Of a stretch of DNA of 64,000 bases, positions 25,290 to 54,198 are shown one piece after another. Source of the DNA: Balanoglossus misakiensis. Its lineage: Eukaryota; Animalia; Hemichordata. The DNA lies in the NCBI GenBank assembly GCA_040954595.2, contig CM082592.2, forward strand, positions 9,659,677 to 9,723,676, read 5' to 3'. The notes below the pieces were generated by a model. The model was not told the DNA's origin, did not search any database, and saw only the letters and a program-made list of their open reading frames with translations. How positions within the stretch are numbered: the first letter of the stretch is position 1; each line of letters opens with the position of its first letter. Both the position numbers and the translations under genes were made by a program.

Positions 25290-27712
25290 TTAGCTGCCAA
25301 AATAAGTCAAAGCTTTAGGGGTATGCAATGTCGTGCAAAATTTATCCGGGATAGCAGATTATGTATTAATTGAATTGTACATGTATACTTGGCGAAGTAG
25401 GACAGTTGTAACAGCATCAACTCTTCCGGGGGATATATTGTACGTGTAAATGGATATACAAACAAGGCGTAACCTAATATTGTTTCAGAGTAATTACTTG
25501 GAGGCATGTCTTCCCTAATCTGCACAAACCTCACGCATGCTCAGTCTTTCTATAGAAATGTAGGTTACAGATTACCGCCGTCCTGATGTCATTAATATTA
25601 ATGTAATGGTGCAGGGGTGGTTGGTTCAAACCATGACGAGAAAGCACATTCTTTCGTTGCCAATGGAAATGATGGATGTTTCACAAGTATGGGTGTACCC
25701 TAATGTAGACCGATTATATTATTTGATAAAAATACAGTCACAAACTAGAGGATGTGGCATGATAAAGATAAATCGTCTCTTTTTTAAGTTTACTATTGGC
25801 CACGTTACTTGCTGTCACGTGTTTGACCTATACAAAAAATCACAGGTGTTGACCGTGTAGCCGTAGTACGGTGTTTGCGTGCCCCTCGGAGCAGACAATG
25901 TAATTCTATACACTGATCGTTTTGAAGGTTTTGTATTCGCGGTCCATTGAAATAAGACGCCGGTGACAATGGGAAGACAGCTTCGGTATCACGCTTTGAT
26001 GAGTGTCATCGTTCGCAGCCATGGTTACCGTGAAAGCACTGCTAGTCGCGAAGGATGGGCAATCAAGTGACAAAAACAGACATTGTCGTGGCACAATGTT
26101 AAGTTATGTGATTTCCTGGACGTGAATCCAACATCTTGATTCCATGAGAGACCTTAACCTATCTCATTACATACCCCATCTCGCATCGTGACCGTGGAGG
26201 TTAATATCCTATAGGTAGTCACTCCTCGAATTATTACAATAAAGGTTAAAGAAAATGCCAAATATGGCATAATGAAGTGTGATCAAATAAATCCGGATGT
26301 GGACGATTCCTCGAGCAATCTGGGGGATTATTCTTAAGTTTTTTTAATTCTCCAGCTAGGAGGAAATCATCATAAATTTTACAAGAAACGGTGAGTGTAA
26401 GTGTGGATATACACGTGCCCTGTGCAGGTGTACATTGTCCAAGAAAAAACGCCGCCTACGGCAAGGAACTTACTAATCTCGCACGAGCGGATCAATAGGT
26501 AACTGAGAATATCTCACCATTATTGTGATCTCTTCAAACAGAATGCCGCCACAACCGACCAATTGCGATAATTCTTTCGTATCTTGGTGTCAGTGGCTGA
26601 GGCCATGCTGGGGGAAACGCGCACTCACAAACATATGGTACGGAACAGCGACAGTTCAGCTAGTTATATTCGTCTCAATGTCTCACAGCAACAATCTACC
26701 AATCATAACCGCGGCAATTGGCACATATCAGATAACTAAACTAAAATGTCATCCATCATTATCGCTCACAAAAATATACTAATATCAATACACAGTAGAT
26801 ACATGTATACTGAAACGGGGTTATCTGCGGTCATTTACATGCAACACAGAGTATACTATACATCATCAATCACAACAGCAACGTGAAAGTGTTACCACGA
26901 ACCATTGTACATGTACATGTATACATATAGTTCATTCCACGCGACCACGCCCTATTTTAATCCTCACCCTCAACAATATCACAACACTCTCTACCAGTAC
27001 ATCTTTCCCAGCGTTATATTTTTATTCGATATAAACAAACAAAAACGTGCCTACAATATGGTTCTCAAACAAAACAGGGTATGCTGAAGTCTAATTTTTA
27101 CTTTATTTATTTTACTTGAACGTATTAATGAGGACAAGGTGATATTATAGTATTCGCTTAGGTAAAGAGGCTGGGTCATTTTGCAGGCCTCGGAAGGGTT
27201 AAGGGGTTGGGTCGTATTTGATGAAGGGTTTTGGGGAGGGCCATATTATTTTCTCAACACATACGATATTTACTAGACTTCCATAACCATGACAACGAGT
27301 GAAGGCTCCAAATGCCACTCTCTTTTGGCGCCATCACGCAATAGTTGATAAGTCCACAGTCCGCACAGTCTTTTCATTGCGGTGGGAATTCTGGTGGACA
27401 CGAGGAAACAGAAAATACGACAATCTTACTCCCCTCCTCCTGTACTAACCCAGAGACACCGTTCTTGTGTCACTGTAAGCTTATGTAAGCTTGTTCTGGG
27501 TGATACTTGTATTTTCCTGTTGGTACATTATGTAATCACGAATCAAGTTTTGTGTTTTCCACGCGGTGCACGGTCTCGGGTGCCGGTTTGGATCAGTTGA
27601 ATTTCGGTGGATTTAGCTCCCGACCAAAAAAGCGCATTTGAGCGTGTGCGTTTGACAGTTTTGGGAAGCCCTGTCGTGTTCTTTAATACTCAACGATGAT
27701 CACCAGAATGCG

Positions 27713-27782
27713 TAATTAGCATGATAATAAGGTTCATGTCATGCGCAGGGCCTAATTAGCATGATAATACGGTTTGTGTCAT
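27713..27782. repeat. Short duplication (40-bp period) carrying TAATTAGCATGATAATA twice
   Basis: Identical 17-mers at 27713-27729 and 27753-27769, each followed by a similar GGTT..TGTCAT. Confidence 0.75.
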
Positions 27783-29883
27783 TGACGGGTTCGAACACCG
27801 GCACTGCACATAAGGTCAGTACACGTATGGTCCGACTTGGTGTTGCACAGGTAAGCAATAGTATTTCTGCATTTGAGCGACGATATCTCGTTCTCTGTAT
27901 TACTTGACCTTTGGTGACACGGCTTCTGATCTCTACAACACACAGGTCAAGCCAGGGTCACTCTTTATGACCAAGTTCGCTCGTTTACGAGCTCTCGCAT
28001 TCTCTGCCCAAAATAAAATATGGCGGCTTGTATTTAGTGTTGACACTACCGCAACCTCGTCTCGGAACCCGGTGTGGGAATACGGTCTGAGATTCGAGTT
28101 CTGTCTAATTTCGGCCAAGTTCACCTTTGACACTTGTTTTTAGAATAGTGTTATTTCTGTCAGTACTGGTCAGTTTTTCGATACCACTTTGACATGGACC
28201 ATGCATCCACATTCAGACTAGAGCCTAGAGGTACCGTGATGTATGTAGTAGTAGGACAAATCCAGGGTTCGCAAAAGAGATAACAGCTTTTGGGTTCCGC
28301 ATGCCTTGATTTCACATATTTTGATGTCATCCAGTCGCCATACATGAGAATACCACGGATCAATGATAATGTACAAACAATCATTCCCAGTGATCCTCGG
28401 TATTATGCAAATTTGTACTTGACATGATATGCATCGGCTTCTCGTGTTACCCCAGCCACGCCTACCCTGTAAATACCACCAAAGATCTTACCGTATTTTC
28501 TGGACATATTCAGTTATCTGTAACTTTTTACCATTTGTTTACCATTATGTCCTGTGTATCAATCATGGTTACCTGTCCACCTTCAAAAGTAGGATTTACC
28601 TTGTTGATTCACTATATATCCACATGTAGAATAACATAAACAGTGTCTTATGTCAAACATAATTAATGGGAAAAGGGCAGCATGAGAGAGACTTTGTCGC
28701 TTTAATATTGATTATTTTGTTTGCGTGTTATGAGTCCAGCGCAGCCGGGACTTCCCTATTTTCAAAAATACACCATTGTTAGTTATTTATTGCGTTTCAA
28801 GCCCTCAGAACCAATTGTAGTACTATCGGTTACCTGGCCATCACAGTATTTTTAAAACGAGAAAAAGAGTGATGTTTCATTCATTAATAAAATACATGGA
28901 TGTACATACTATCTCTCCCTTATCTAGCGATCTGATTTTGACAGGTGACCCAAAGGACAAAACCACACGGCATTATTCCCGTAATCACAAAGTACGCCAC
29001 TCCAGTGCGGCAGCAGACGTTCGCCGAGAAAAGTGCGGAGCTAGCGACAGATCGCAGCTCACCGTTTATAAATGCATGGTATCACGAATGCCGTGTCACT
29101 TTGTCACGTGATCCATTATTTAGCAGATTGCATGCTCTGCTCCAGTCAAAGCTCTTTCGTTGACGTTGACAGTGCCGTGTGTGTTTGTAGAACTGTGCCC
29201 CTACATTGCCGTGTGTGTGTTATGTTTATGTCTTCATCCAGGTTGCACCGTGTGATCACGGAAACACAACGAGCGTCGAAGTCTCCGTATCGTGGTGTAG
29301 CCGTCCACCTCTAGCCGTTCACAACCCCGTAAAATTCAGTACCCGGCGTCGCCGAGCGGAGCATCGCATCGACGGAGATCAGCGAGAGCTGGCGAGCAAT
29401 AAAGCAAGACCGATGACGACGTACAGACGCGGCAGAAATCACTGAATCCGGCTTCACATCTATGACGTGGGTATCCTTGTTTTATTCGGGATCAAGCATG
29501 TGGCATTTGAACATGGCTCGCTCGTTCGCACGGATCAATCGTGCCGATTCATCGGCATTATAAAACGCCTGTGACAACGTTACAATTTCCGTTCAGTTGT
29601 AGGTGCCGTATAGCGGTGTCACGTGAGCGACGTCGGTGTCACAATCCTTTCAGACGACCTCATCGAGACAGCGGCAGAGCTTACATAAGCATGCTTGTAC
29701 GTTGGACTTTTTACGAGCATGTGAGATCCACTATCAACCAGACCAGGTGACGGCAGAAGTCATCCATACTATAAAAAAAGCTTATTGTGTACCCCAGAAC
29801 ATTTTCGGATTTTCAAAGGACATTCGGACGCTCAATACCTGATACACGGTGTATGGCGAAAGATATCCGAGTGTGATAAGAGT

Positions 29884-45864
<15,981 letters not shown>

Positions 45865-47610
45865 TCCCTGTCTTGCTCTGGATCAGAGCTGTCTTGTTCA
45901 ATGCGGACGGGGGCTTTGTTTGTACGTCAAGAAAGTATGGTATGGCTATGCCCGCTGCTGTCCTGGGTTATGCTACGTCATGTGATGGTTTTTAATGTGT
46001 GACATATTCACCATCATGATGTGGTTTGGTGTGTGGTACTCTGACTTTTTTTAAACTAACTGAAATCAAAGATGGTTTAGAAACTCGATAGTCTACCATC
46101 ACTAACCTTTTCGGTAACGAGAGACATGCGTACGCCATCTAACGCTTAGTTACATTGGTTGTACACACAGAGGTGTCGACGTCACATCCGCCGTAGAGAA
46201 CGCACCGCCATTGTTACATGTTTATGACGGTGAACTGCTGCTAGAATTTTACAAACCAGATATACATGGTCGTTACAAATTGAACTCTATATGAAAACAA
46301 TGGGTCGTCAAGTGCAATGAGTTCCGTACAACGAGTTACTCCGGAACCACGTCACACATTCTGACATTGAAAACTTTGTGTGAAGACACAGATAACATAT
46401 CATATGCTTCGTTGTGATTTGGGGAACGGTGCTTCACACATCAGGGTACACTACACGTTTACGGCTCTTTTTACCAAAATGCTGTTTTAGCAAGAGTTCA
46501 AAGTGAGATACTTTTTTAAATTTCTAACATTTCTTTTAATTCACCAGTTCTACTGGCTTACAATATGAAGTACATTGCTTCTGCTCATAGCTCTATCCTT
46601 ACTGCTTTTAGTCTTTAAAGCGTTAACTGCTCTTTACTTTGTGAAATATTTTGCCGGTTATATCGGTTTTATGACATGAAGTACATTACTTATGCGCACA
46701 TCTTATCTGTTCAATTTGCAATTTTCGGGACTATTCCCTGCCAGTGGCAACATAAGCCTTTTTTCGCCCATTCTTAGATTTTTAGAATGTGTTACTAACC
46801 TGCGTTTTTTTAACCATAACATTTTAATTAACTCGCCTCATTACGGCTATATCTCTAAAATACTCGTATGTTTAGATTGAAGTCGGTATATCGGTTAGGT
46901 GTTCATTAACTATGAATAACATGCACATGTCTTCTCATGAAGCAGCCGAACGACGATGTTCGTAATTTTTTTCTCAAGTGAAAACTTAACAGATATTTTA
47001 TTTATTACACTTTATGCAATAATGATGTGGCGAACAGTGGCTCCTATGATCCAATTCTTACCAAAAGACCCGATGTTTTGAGCGGCATATATGCGGAGGT
47101 AGAGAAACCACAAATTTAAGTGAGGAGGGGAAAAGTTTCAGGAGCTCAAGAAAGTTGCGTGTCTTGCAATGACGTCATTAACTAGAAGAAACTGATTAGA
47201 GATTGGGTGCCTTTAGAGCACACATCAATATTTAGAAACAATCCAGGCAATATTTTCTCCCGACCTTAGCTGCCTACCATGAAAATGGTGTTTTCGTAAC
47301 CACAAATTATTTAGTTCGGCCATATACCCGGACCATTTAAACTTTACATTTGCTTGAGAGAAATTCTCTGTTTGGGTAAAAGTACAATGTTTAAAAGTAG
47401 ACTTTAATCTATAAGTGTGCTATGTGCTAGCAAAGCCAATAATTTATTGAATTACGGACGTTTGACCACGGGTATAGGTTATAATATACTTCTTGCCCCT
47501 TTTACCTGAATAGATGTGTACTCTCATGCACAGCGTGATTTGTAAACTTGCATGATGTTTTATGGCGGGAAATGTTGACATCATTTTGAAATAACCGTTG
47601 GGGCATTGAA

Positions 47611-47712
47611 TTTTAATCGTTTCTTAAGCATCAGTAAACTGAATCTAATAATATGTGGAACTTTTAATCGTTTCTTAAGCATCAGTAAACTGAATCTAAT
47701 AATATGTGGAAC
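47611..47712. repeat. Perfect tandem duplication, 2 x 51 bp
   Basis: TTTTAATCGTTTCTTAAGCATCAGTAAACTGAATCTAATAATATGTGGAAC occurs at 47611-47661 and again at 47662-47712. Confidence 0.95.
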
Positions 47713-50211
47713 TGAGAATTTTTGGAATTGTTTATATTGGGTACAAAGTCATTCTAATGAAATAACCACAGAATTATTTTTACACTTTCCAGAATAAATG
47801 CTGAGAGTTTTAATAACACGGCGGTGTTCGTGTCCGCTTATTCAGTCAATCCTACGAACCTTTTCCAGTGTAAGTTGACTATGGGGGTTTCAACGAAGCC
47901 GCAAATCGATTCGGCTTAAAGTGTACCGTTGTATTCGCGACCTTTTATGTGCGCTGTCGGTTACCCGCAATTGTTGCCGTAATATCGGAGAGATTCGTGT
48001 TTCAATTCAACACAGCAAGCACGCGTTCAATTTGCAGCATTTATACCCGAACAATGGGTTCGAATCTCGTTAATTGAGAAATAACAGTGCAGTATAGAGT
48101 CGGTAAAGTTTTACATAAATATAGCACCTATCGATTCCTCTGCGCCAAATGGTTGACCTCCAGCTATTATACAAAACCGAATGACGAAAATCCCAAATGA
48201 CCCAAGACATTGATATCCTTTTGATTAATATTCAATATTTGCTCAACTTGAATTCGTACAGCGCATGCTCCAAGTTTGAGACTTGCAATTGAACTTAATC
48301 GTGGCGTATTCTCCGTCGACTTCTCTCGCTGTGTGGTTGTCTACCTTTTCAAGCTCTATAGACTGAGTATTTTTTTTGTAAAATGTGACAAATAGTCAAA
48401 AATTACCTTTTCGTGCATCGGTACTGCATACCTAACGACCGCTGTAACCTCCGAGTAATGGGATCGCCGACTGCGATACTTCAGGCCTGCCGCAGTCATC
48501 ATCAGTAAGAGATGTGGATATCTTTGTAGCCGTCGGCACCGGTGCAACGAGTTGGACTTTCTTCCGCAGCCTCGTTACACATAATTTGAACTACACGAAT
48601 ATGGCCGTGTGTGGAAGACCGAATATTCTTTAAAATGTACACCAAGCAAATTATACTCAGACCGTATTATTAGTAGTTTATACGTAGACGAAATTAAATG
48701 GATTGGTGTCTTTTGATGTTTCACACTCTTGAAAGGCGTACACTTCTGGAATGCTACAATTAACTGGTAGCTTGGATTCACAGATAATGTAAGTACAATG
48801 TACATCGAACTTCTTGTTTGGGTGTTTTTTGCTTTGAACGTTTCCCCGTTTATCGTAATGTTGTCATCGTACAGTTAAGCAGGAGTTGCACGTCCGACCA
48901 GAGCATGAACATTCCGGAAAATAGACACTAATTTACGAGCGGCAATAAAAATCTTCACACGTCTTCCGCACAATTATTCTTGGTTAATTGCAGCCGTGAA
49001 TCAACAATGCTTATTCAATCAGGATGTGTTCATTTCACTGTTCATCGCAATTAAAACGCAACAAAGGTACGGCGGTCAAACGGTTGAAAGTAAAGGTGCC
49101 GACTATATTACTCCCAACTGGAACTTCCATGAAAAACGATGCACAGGTTGTTGATTTCAATTTGAAAGGTACATAATGATTATTTCCGTTCAATCATAAT
49201 GTGTTATTTTTCATTTCTCTGACTGAGGCAACGGCGCGGCAGGGGGTGCGGGAAAAGGAACTTTTGTCCTTTTAAAGGTATTTTTACTTCAAAATTGTAA
49301 TCTTCCTGCATTATCTCAGTCAGTCTAAAATTTATTGCGTTGTTTTTATTCCATTTAAACGCGTAATCTTTCTAATTATTGCAAATTTATGGTAAGAAAT
49401 TAAACATAAACAAGAAATAAAAACAGGGGGATTGATTGAAAAGCACTAATAAACGAAACTTAAAGATCAGAGTCAGTTATTACCAATTTTTATGTAAGCC
49501 AAGTATAGATGTTCGAATTCGATGTGTATCTTTCAAAGTGAACAGCTGCGTTCTGAGTACTAAGTGCGAGTAGCTTAATAATTATGCTTTCCCATTGGCC
49601 TGCTTATTCACCGTAATAGTTTCTGTAATATTGCAGATCAGAAAAACTGCAAACAACATATGATAGTCATCGAACAGTCAAAAGAAAATCCCTTTTGTCT
49701 TCAGACCTTCGATAGGGCTTGAAAAGTGTGAAATCTTTCCTTGTATCGATCCAAACTCATTGTGTTACAAGCTTTAAGCTTTGCTTGTCGCAACGGCGGT
49801 TGGTCGTGCTTTGAGTGATGTGGTAAATAGAAGTGTGATAAGATGCATTTTTACAAAATTGTCATGAACTATTTACGGACGTTGTTATTGTTTGTTTCCG
49901 TCGCAACAGCGGTTTAAGGATTTATAAGTAAGAGATACTTAGCTCTCGAATAGTGCGACTGATTTGCAGTAGGGCGGACTAATTCATATCGGTCCAGCCT
50001 GAAAACGCGGAGTCATTCTTCAATCGAATTATTTCCAAACCATACAATATAGAGATGTGAAAGGTTTCAAATTGACTCTCTGAATTAGATTATGAATATC
50101 CACTTACATCTTGTAAGTGCATACCATTGTGCCTTCTCAAGTGCTTAAATGTTAAATTCAAACTGACTTTATCTGCAGATATGGTTGTGGAAATTTCACA
50201 GTTACACAAGG

Positions 50212-53200
50212 ATGATGACACATTTTCGCTGCCCCTGGTGTTATGCACTGATTGTGCTATGTACCATCCAAATCCAACTAGTCGAGGGTAGGTCAGGTGT
50301 TATTTTATCTCAGTACCACATAACAATGGAATAGTTGCTATACACAACTTTCATGTGCAACGGAATGACGTCACGCAGTAAACAAAACCAGAAAAACAGG
50401 TTAACTCAAAACGCCTCTTTAAATTCAGATTCCCAGTACATCGCTGTATTCAGCTGTGTCAACAGTGTTCACAATTTTAATAAAGGCCGAAAGGACGGAC
50501 AAGCTGTTTGTTGTGTTAGACCAAATGACTTCAGCATTAAAATCGAATTAAACGATCGGACGACAACCTCATTTACGTCAACCATTCAAACTGAATCATC
50601 TGCACACGTATACTAAAACAGGCGAAGCATGAACATAACATACACACGTGGTTCTTTTTCTTTGGTTCTTTTTCTTCTCAATGTTTAAGGTTCTTTGCCA
50701 TTGGCCGCGGAGGACAGACTGTTGTACGAGAAGCGGTTATTCACCCGAGCGGAGGGGTACAATCCCTACGCCAGACCAGTTTACTATCCAATTGAAACTC
50801 TCCCAGTTACATTCGGATTGTCCATAACGCAACTCTTAGATGTGGTAAGTATCCATCGTACTAGCAGTCAGCCCATCCATCAATACATACGCGGTGACAT
50901 CATTGCAGATTTACTCAGTGAAATAGCTATGTTTTTAATCGTACATTATTTTTCTTTTTTTTATTCAAGGACGAGAAGAATCAGATTATGACTACAAGTG
51001 TTTGGATGAAACATGTGAGTGCTTTATGTTTGACTTGTATGTATTAGTCTGTTACTCTTTCAGTTAAAGACGTACGTGAACTATAAAAACAACGTCGATT
51101 CCATGGTTAGAGGATGTTATCAGAAATATACTCTTTTCATTACCGCATCAGGAAGGAACTGAAAATTGACACAGCGAATGATAACGGATATCTCGGATGT
51201 GTCAAGTATCTTCTCGTGAACTTTAGGGAAGACCCGAGTAATGAACATCTAGAAATTTAAAACCCGCTATCGACCGACTCCCCGTGTGCGCTATTCCGAG
51301 CGGACAGTTTTAACGCGGGACGAAATCGATATTTCTTCCCTCGAACTAATTCGTCCTGATTTGAACGTCAATCAAATTTGAAAAGTAATATGGCGCATTT
51401 GAGTAGGTAGGACTGTAGAAAAACAGAAAGTAGACATAATCATTGATGGATGAAATACTGGAATGTGTGAGGATTTTTTTTAATTTATTTATTTCGGTAA
51501 AGAGACCATACTGCCTTGTTACAAAGACATTTTCCATATGATCAAGTCCAAGGATGTGTAAATGATTTCAAAGGAAATATTGACAATCATTTCTACACTG
51601 TCAGGCTCTGGCGCGGGATGTTATTATCTGTTATTATATTCAATTTTCTATTGAGCTGAACTGAACTGAAAAACGTATTTCTCTCTCTGTGTGACCCCGC
51701 AGTTGTTTATATTCTCCGAGTAATTTACAGTGGTTCTCGTCATATATTACCAGTTTCTCTTTTCTTACGTCAGTTAGGCTAAGTATCATGTCCAGTGTTA
51801 ATTGTTTTTATTTACGTTTGATTGTATTTGTTTGTGGGGTTTTTCTTTTGCGTTCCTGGATCAGACACTGAAAACCCTGAAAATTCACCCACAGAATGTA
51901 ACCATAGACACATTGAACGAACAACATTGATGCTTTTAAAGCAATAACGAAGTACACGAAAACCTTGAACTGTTCATTCTGCTTTCAATTGGATTGAAAT
52001 TTACCAATATGTGCACTCAACCTTTAAATCTCCGGGGAAAATTAGGGCTGTGTAAAGGTATCTGTATGCTGCATAGATCGCGTGAAAAAGTAATTGGTGC
52101 AATACTTGAAAAGTTTAAGTATACCAGTGAGACTGAATTTGATATTTATACCGTGTATTATCATCTTTGTATATCTTTCAGCAATGGCATGACTATAGAC
52201 TAAGCTGGAATGAATCCGATTACGACAACTTGTCAGCGGTGTCTATACCTGAGCACACAGTGTGGATTCCGGATATCGTTCTCTACAATAAGTAAGAATA
52301 CGGCTTAAGCCTGCCTCCTGAATTTTGTGTTTTTGATCTATAGGCGTAAGTTTCACAATCGCGTCATCTTAACGCTTTAAGGCGTTGTTCCTTTCAGGCA
52401 GATGGCATTAACTTTACGGTTACCAATTGAAACGGAAACCATACTTTGTAAAAAAAATACTAGTAATTAACACGAACTTTCTTTTCTTTCTTTTGAAGTG
52501 CGGATGGAAACTTTGGCTCATCTATGTCTAAAAAGCAAAGTTTCAAGGCCAGAATTTACAGCGACGGAACCATGTTCTTCGCTCCGCCGACAATCTTCAA
52601 AAGCCCTTGCCAGATAGATATTGAATTTTTCCCTTTTGATGAACAGCGCTGCACGCTGAAGTTTGGGTCATGGGCGTACAGCGGGAACGAACTTCTACTC
52701 ATGCTGATGCACGACGAGGCAGAAAAAGAGGATTTCTGGGAGAACAGCGAGTGGGAGGTGGTGGAAGCCCCCGGGATCAATTACACGATGAAATACGACT
52801 GCTGTGCAGAGATTTATTCGAACATAGAGTACGTCATCGTCATTCGGCGTCGGTCCGCCTTCTACGTGGTCAATTTAATCATACCGTGTATGATAATGTC
52901 GTTCTTGACTCTGATGGTGTTCTACCTCCCGCCTGACAGCGGCGAGAAAGTCAGTCTCTGCATCTCCATCCTCTTAGCCCTCTCCGTGTTTCAACTCTTG
53001 GTGGCGGACATCATGCCGCCATCTTCGGTCGCCATGCCTCTGATAGGGCGTTACCTCATGTTCACGGAGTTCATGGTCATGGTCTCCATCATCATCACCG
53101 TCATCGTCTTGAACGTTCACCACCGGTCGGGAATCATGCACACAGACATGCCCGCCTGGGTCAATTTGCTGTTCTTGAACATACTTCCCAGAATGCTCTG

Positions 53201-54198
53201 CATGCGGCCACGGATTTGTCGTGTGAGTAAAGAAATGACGACCAACAACAAAGACAGCGTCGAAATGGAAGCCATGTTGAAGAAGGAGTACCACAACTCC
53301 AATTTGATATCCTGCGAGCAGAACGGGCTAAATGCACCCATGTGTGATTCTGAAAACACTTCATCCATCACTTGTGCCAACACATGCCTTAGGTGTTCCT
53401 CCCAGATGGTCTTTCCGAGAGTAAATGAAAGCGAAACGAAGGTTCTGGAAGAAGTGCGATTCATTTCTGATTATATCAGAAATGAAAGCAGTACAAACGA
53501 GGTATGTTTCAGCCAAAACACGCGCAAAAATATAATGACATGAGTTCCAGCTATGGTAGAATTCACTAATATATTCTGAGTGCCATGCCCGTTTTAACTC
53601 CAGTCCTCGCACATGCGTAGTTCAAATGCTGCATGATAAAGAGGCAAACGAACAATTATCCATGGTATTGAGACATATCGTGAATGAAGGGAAAACAACT
53701 ATACTCAAATCCTGAGACACAAAAGTAAAACGCAATCAATCTACCAGTACATGTATTATTGCCTACTCAATGTAACCAATTGATAAGCACAAGGTAAATT
53801 CCCAAGGTAAATTTTAGGTTGACTTCCAATATTCGCATTTCCTGAATCACGGACGCCTGGAATGTCAAGAGTGCAACGCACAATGAACACAATTTCAGTC
53901 AAATTAGCCCATTAGATGGACGCCAGCCCTGGTTATATTTATCACCGTCGTGGCATTGTTAAACAATATTTTCAACCTCGCTGTTACCAGTTTTGCTTTT
54001 AATTGAAGGATTTGTAAATCGATAAAAATCGATTTGGTTATTCAGGTCTATTTCCCATTTTTCTTCGGTTCTTAACAGGTACGGGATGACTGGAAGTTCG
54101 TTGCCATGGTGGTGGACCGGATTTTTCTATGGATATTCACCATAGCGAACGTTTCTGGGGCGTGTGCGATATTGCTCAAGCAATCATCCCCAAGCTAG
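50212..54198 (+). CDS. CHRNA: Nicotinic acetylcholine receptor alpha-type subunit (Cys-loop cation channel), 6 exons, 502 aa
   Basis: Exons 50212-50287 (signal peptide), 50690-50844, 50970-51014 (DEKNQIMTTSVWMKH), 52182-52291 (WIPDIVLYNN), 52499-53501 and 54079-54198 (DDWKFVAMVVDRIFLW) total 1509 nt. Cys-loop CQIDIEFFPFDEQRC, loop B KFGSW, vicinal cysteines YDCCAEIY (alpha signature) and GEK before M2 (cation selectivity) are all present. The exact paralog is not assignable by eye. Confidence 0.95.

Noticed and set aside
27786-27803. B-box-like GGTTCGAA (also at ~48057) suggesting a tRNA or SINE
   Set aside because: No A-box or cloverleaf stems around either site.
29785-29883. N-terminal extension of the WSCD ORF in the track
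   Set aside because: It relies on a non-ATG start; the first ATG at 29884 gives a normal type II topology.
53556-53568. GGTAGAATTCACT resembling the 3' half of miR-183/263
   Set aside because: The seed is absent and no hairpin is evident; probably a chance match.
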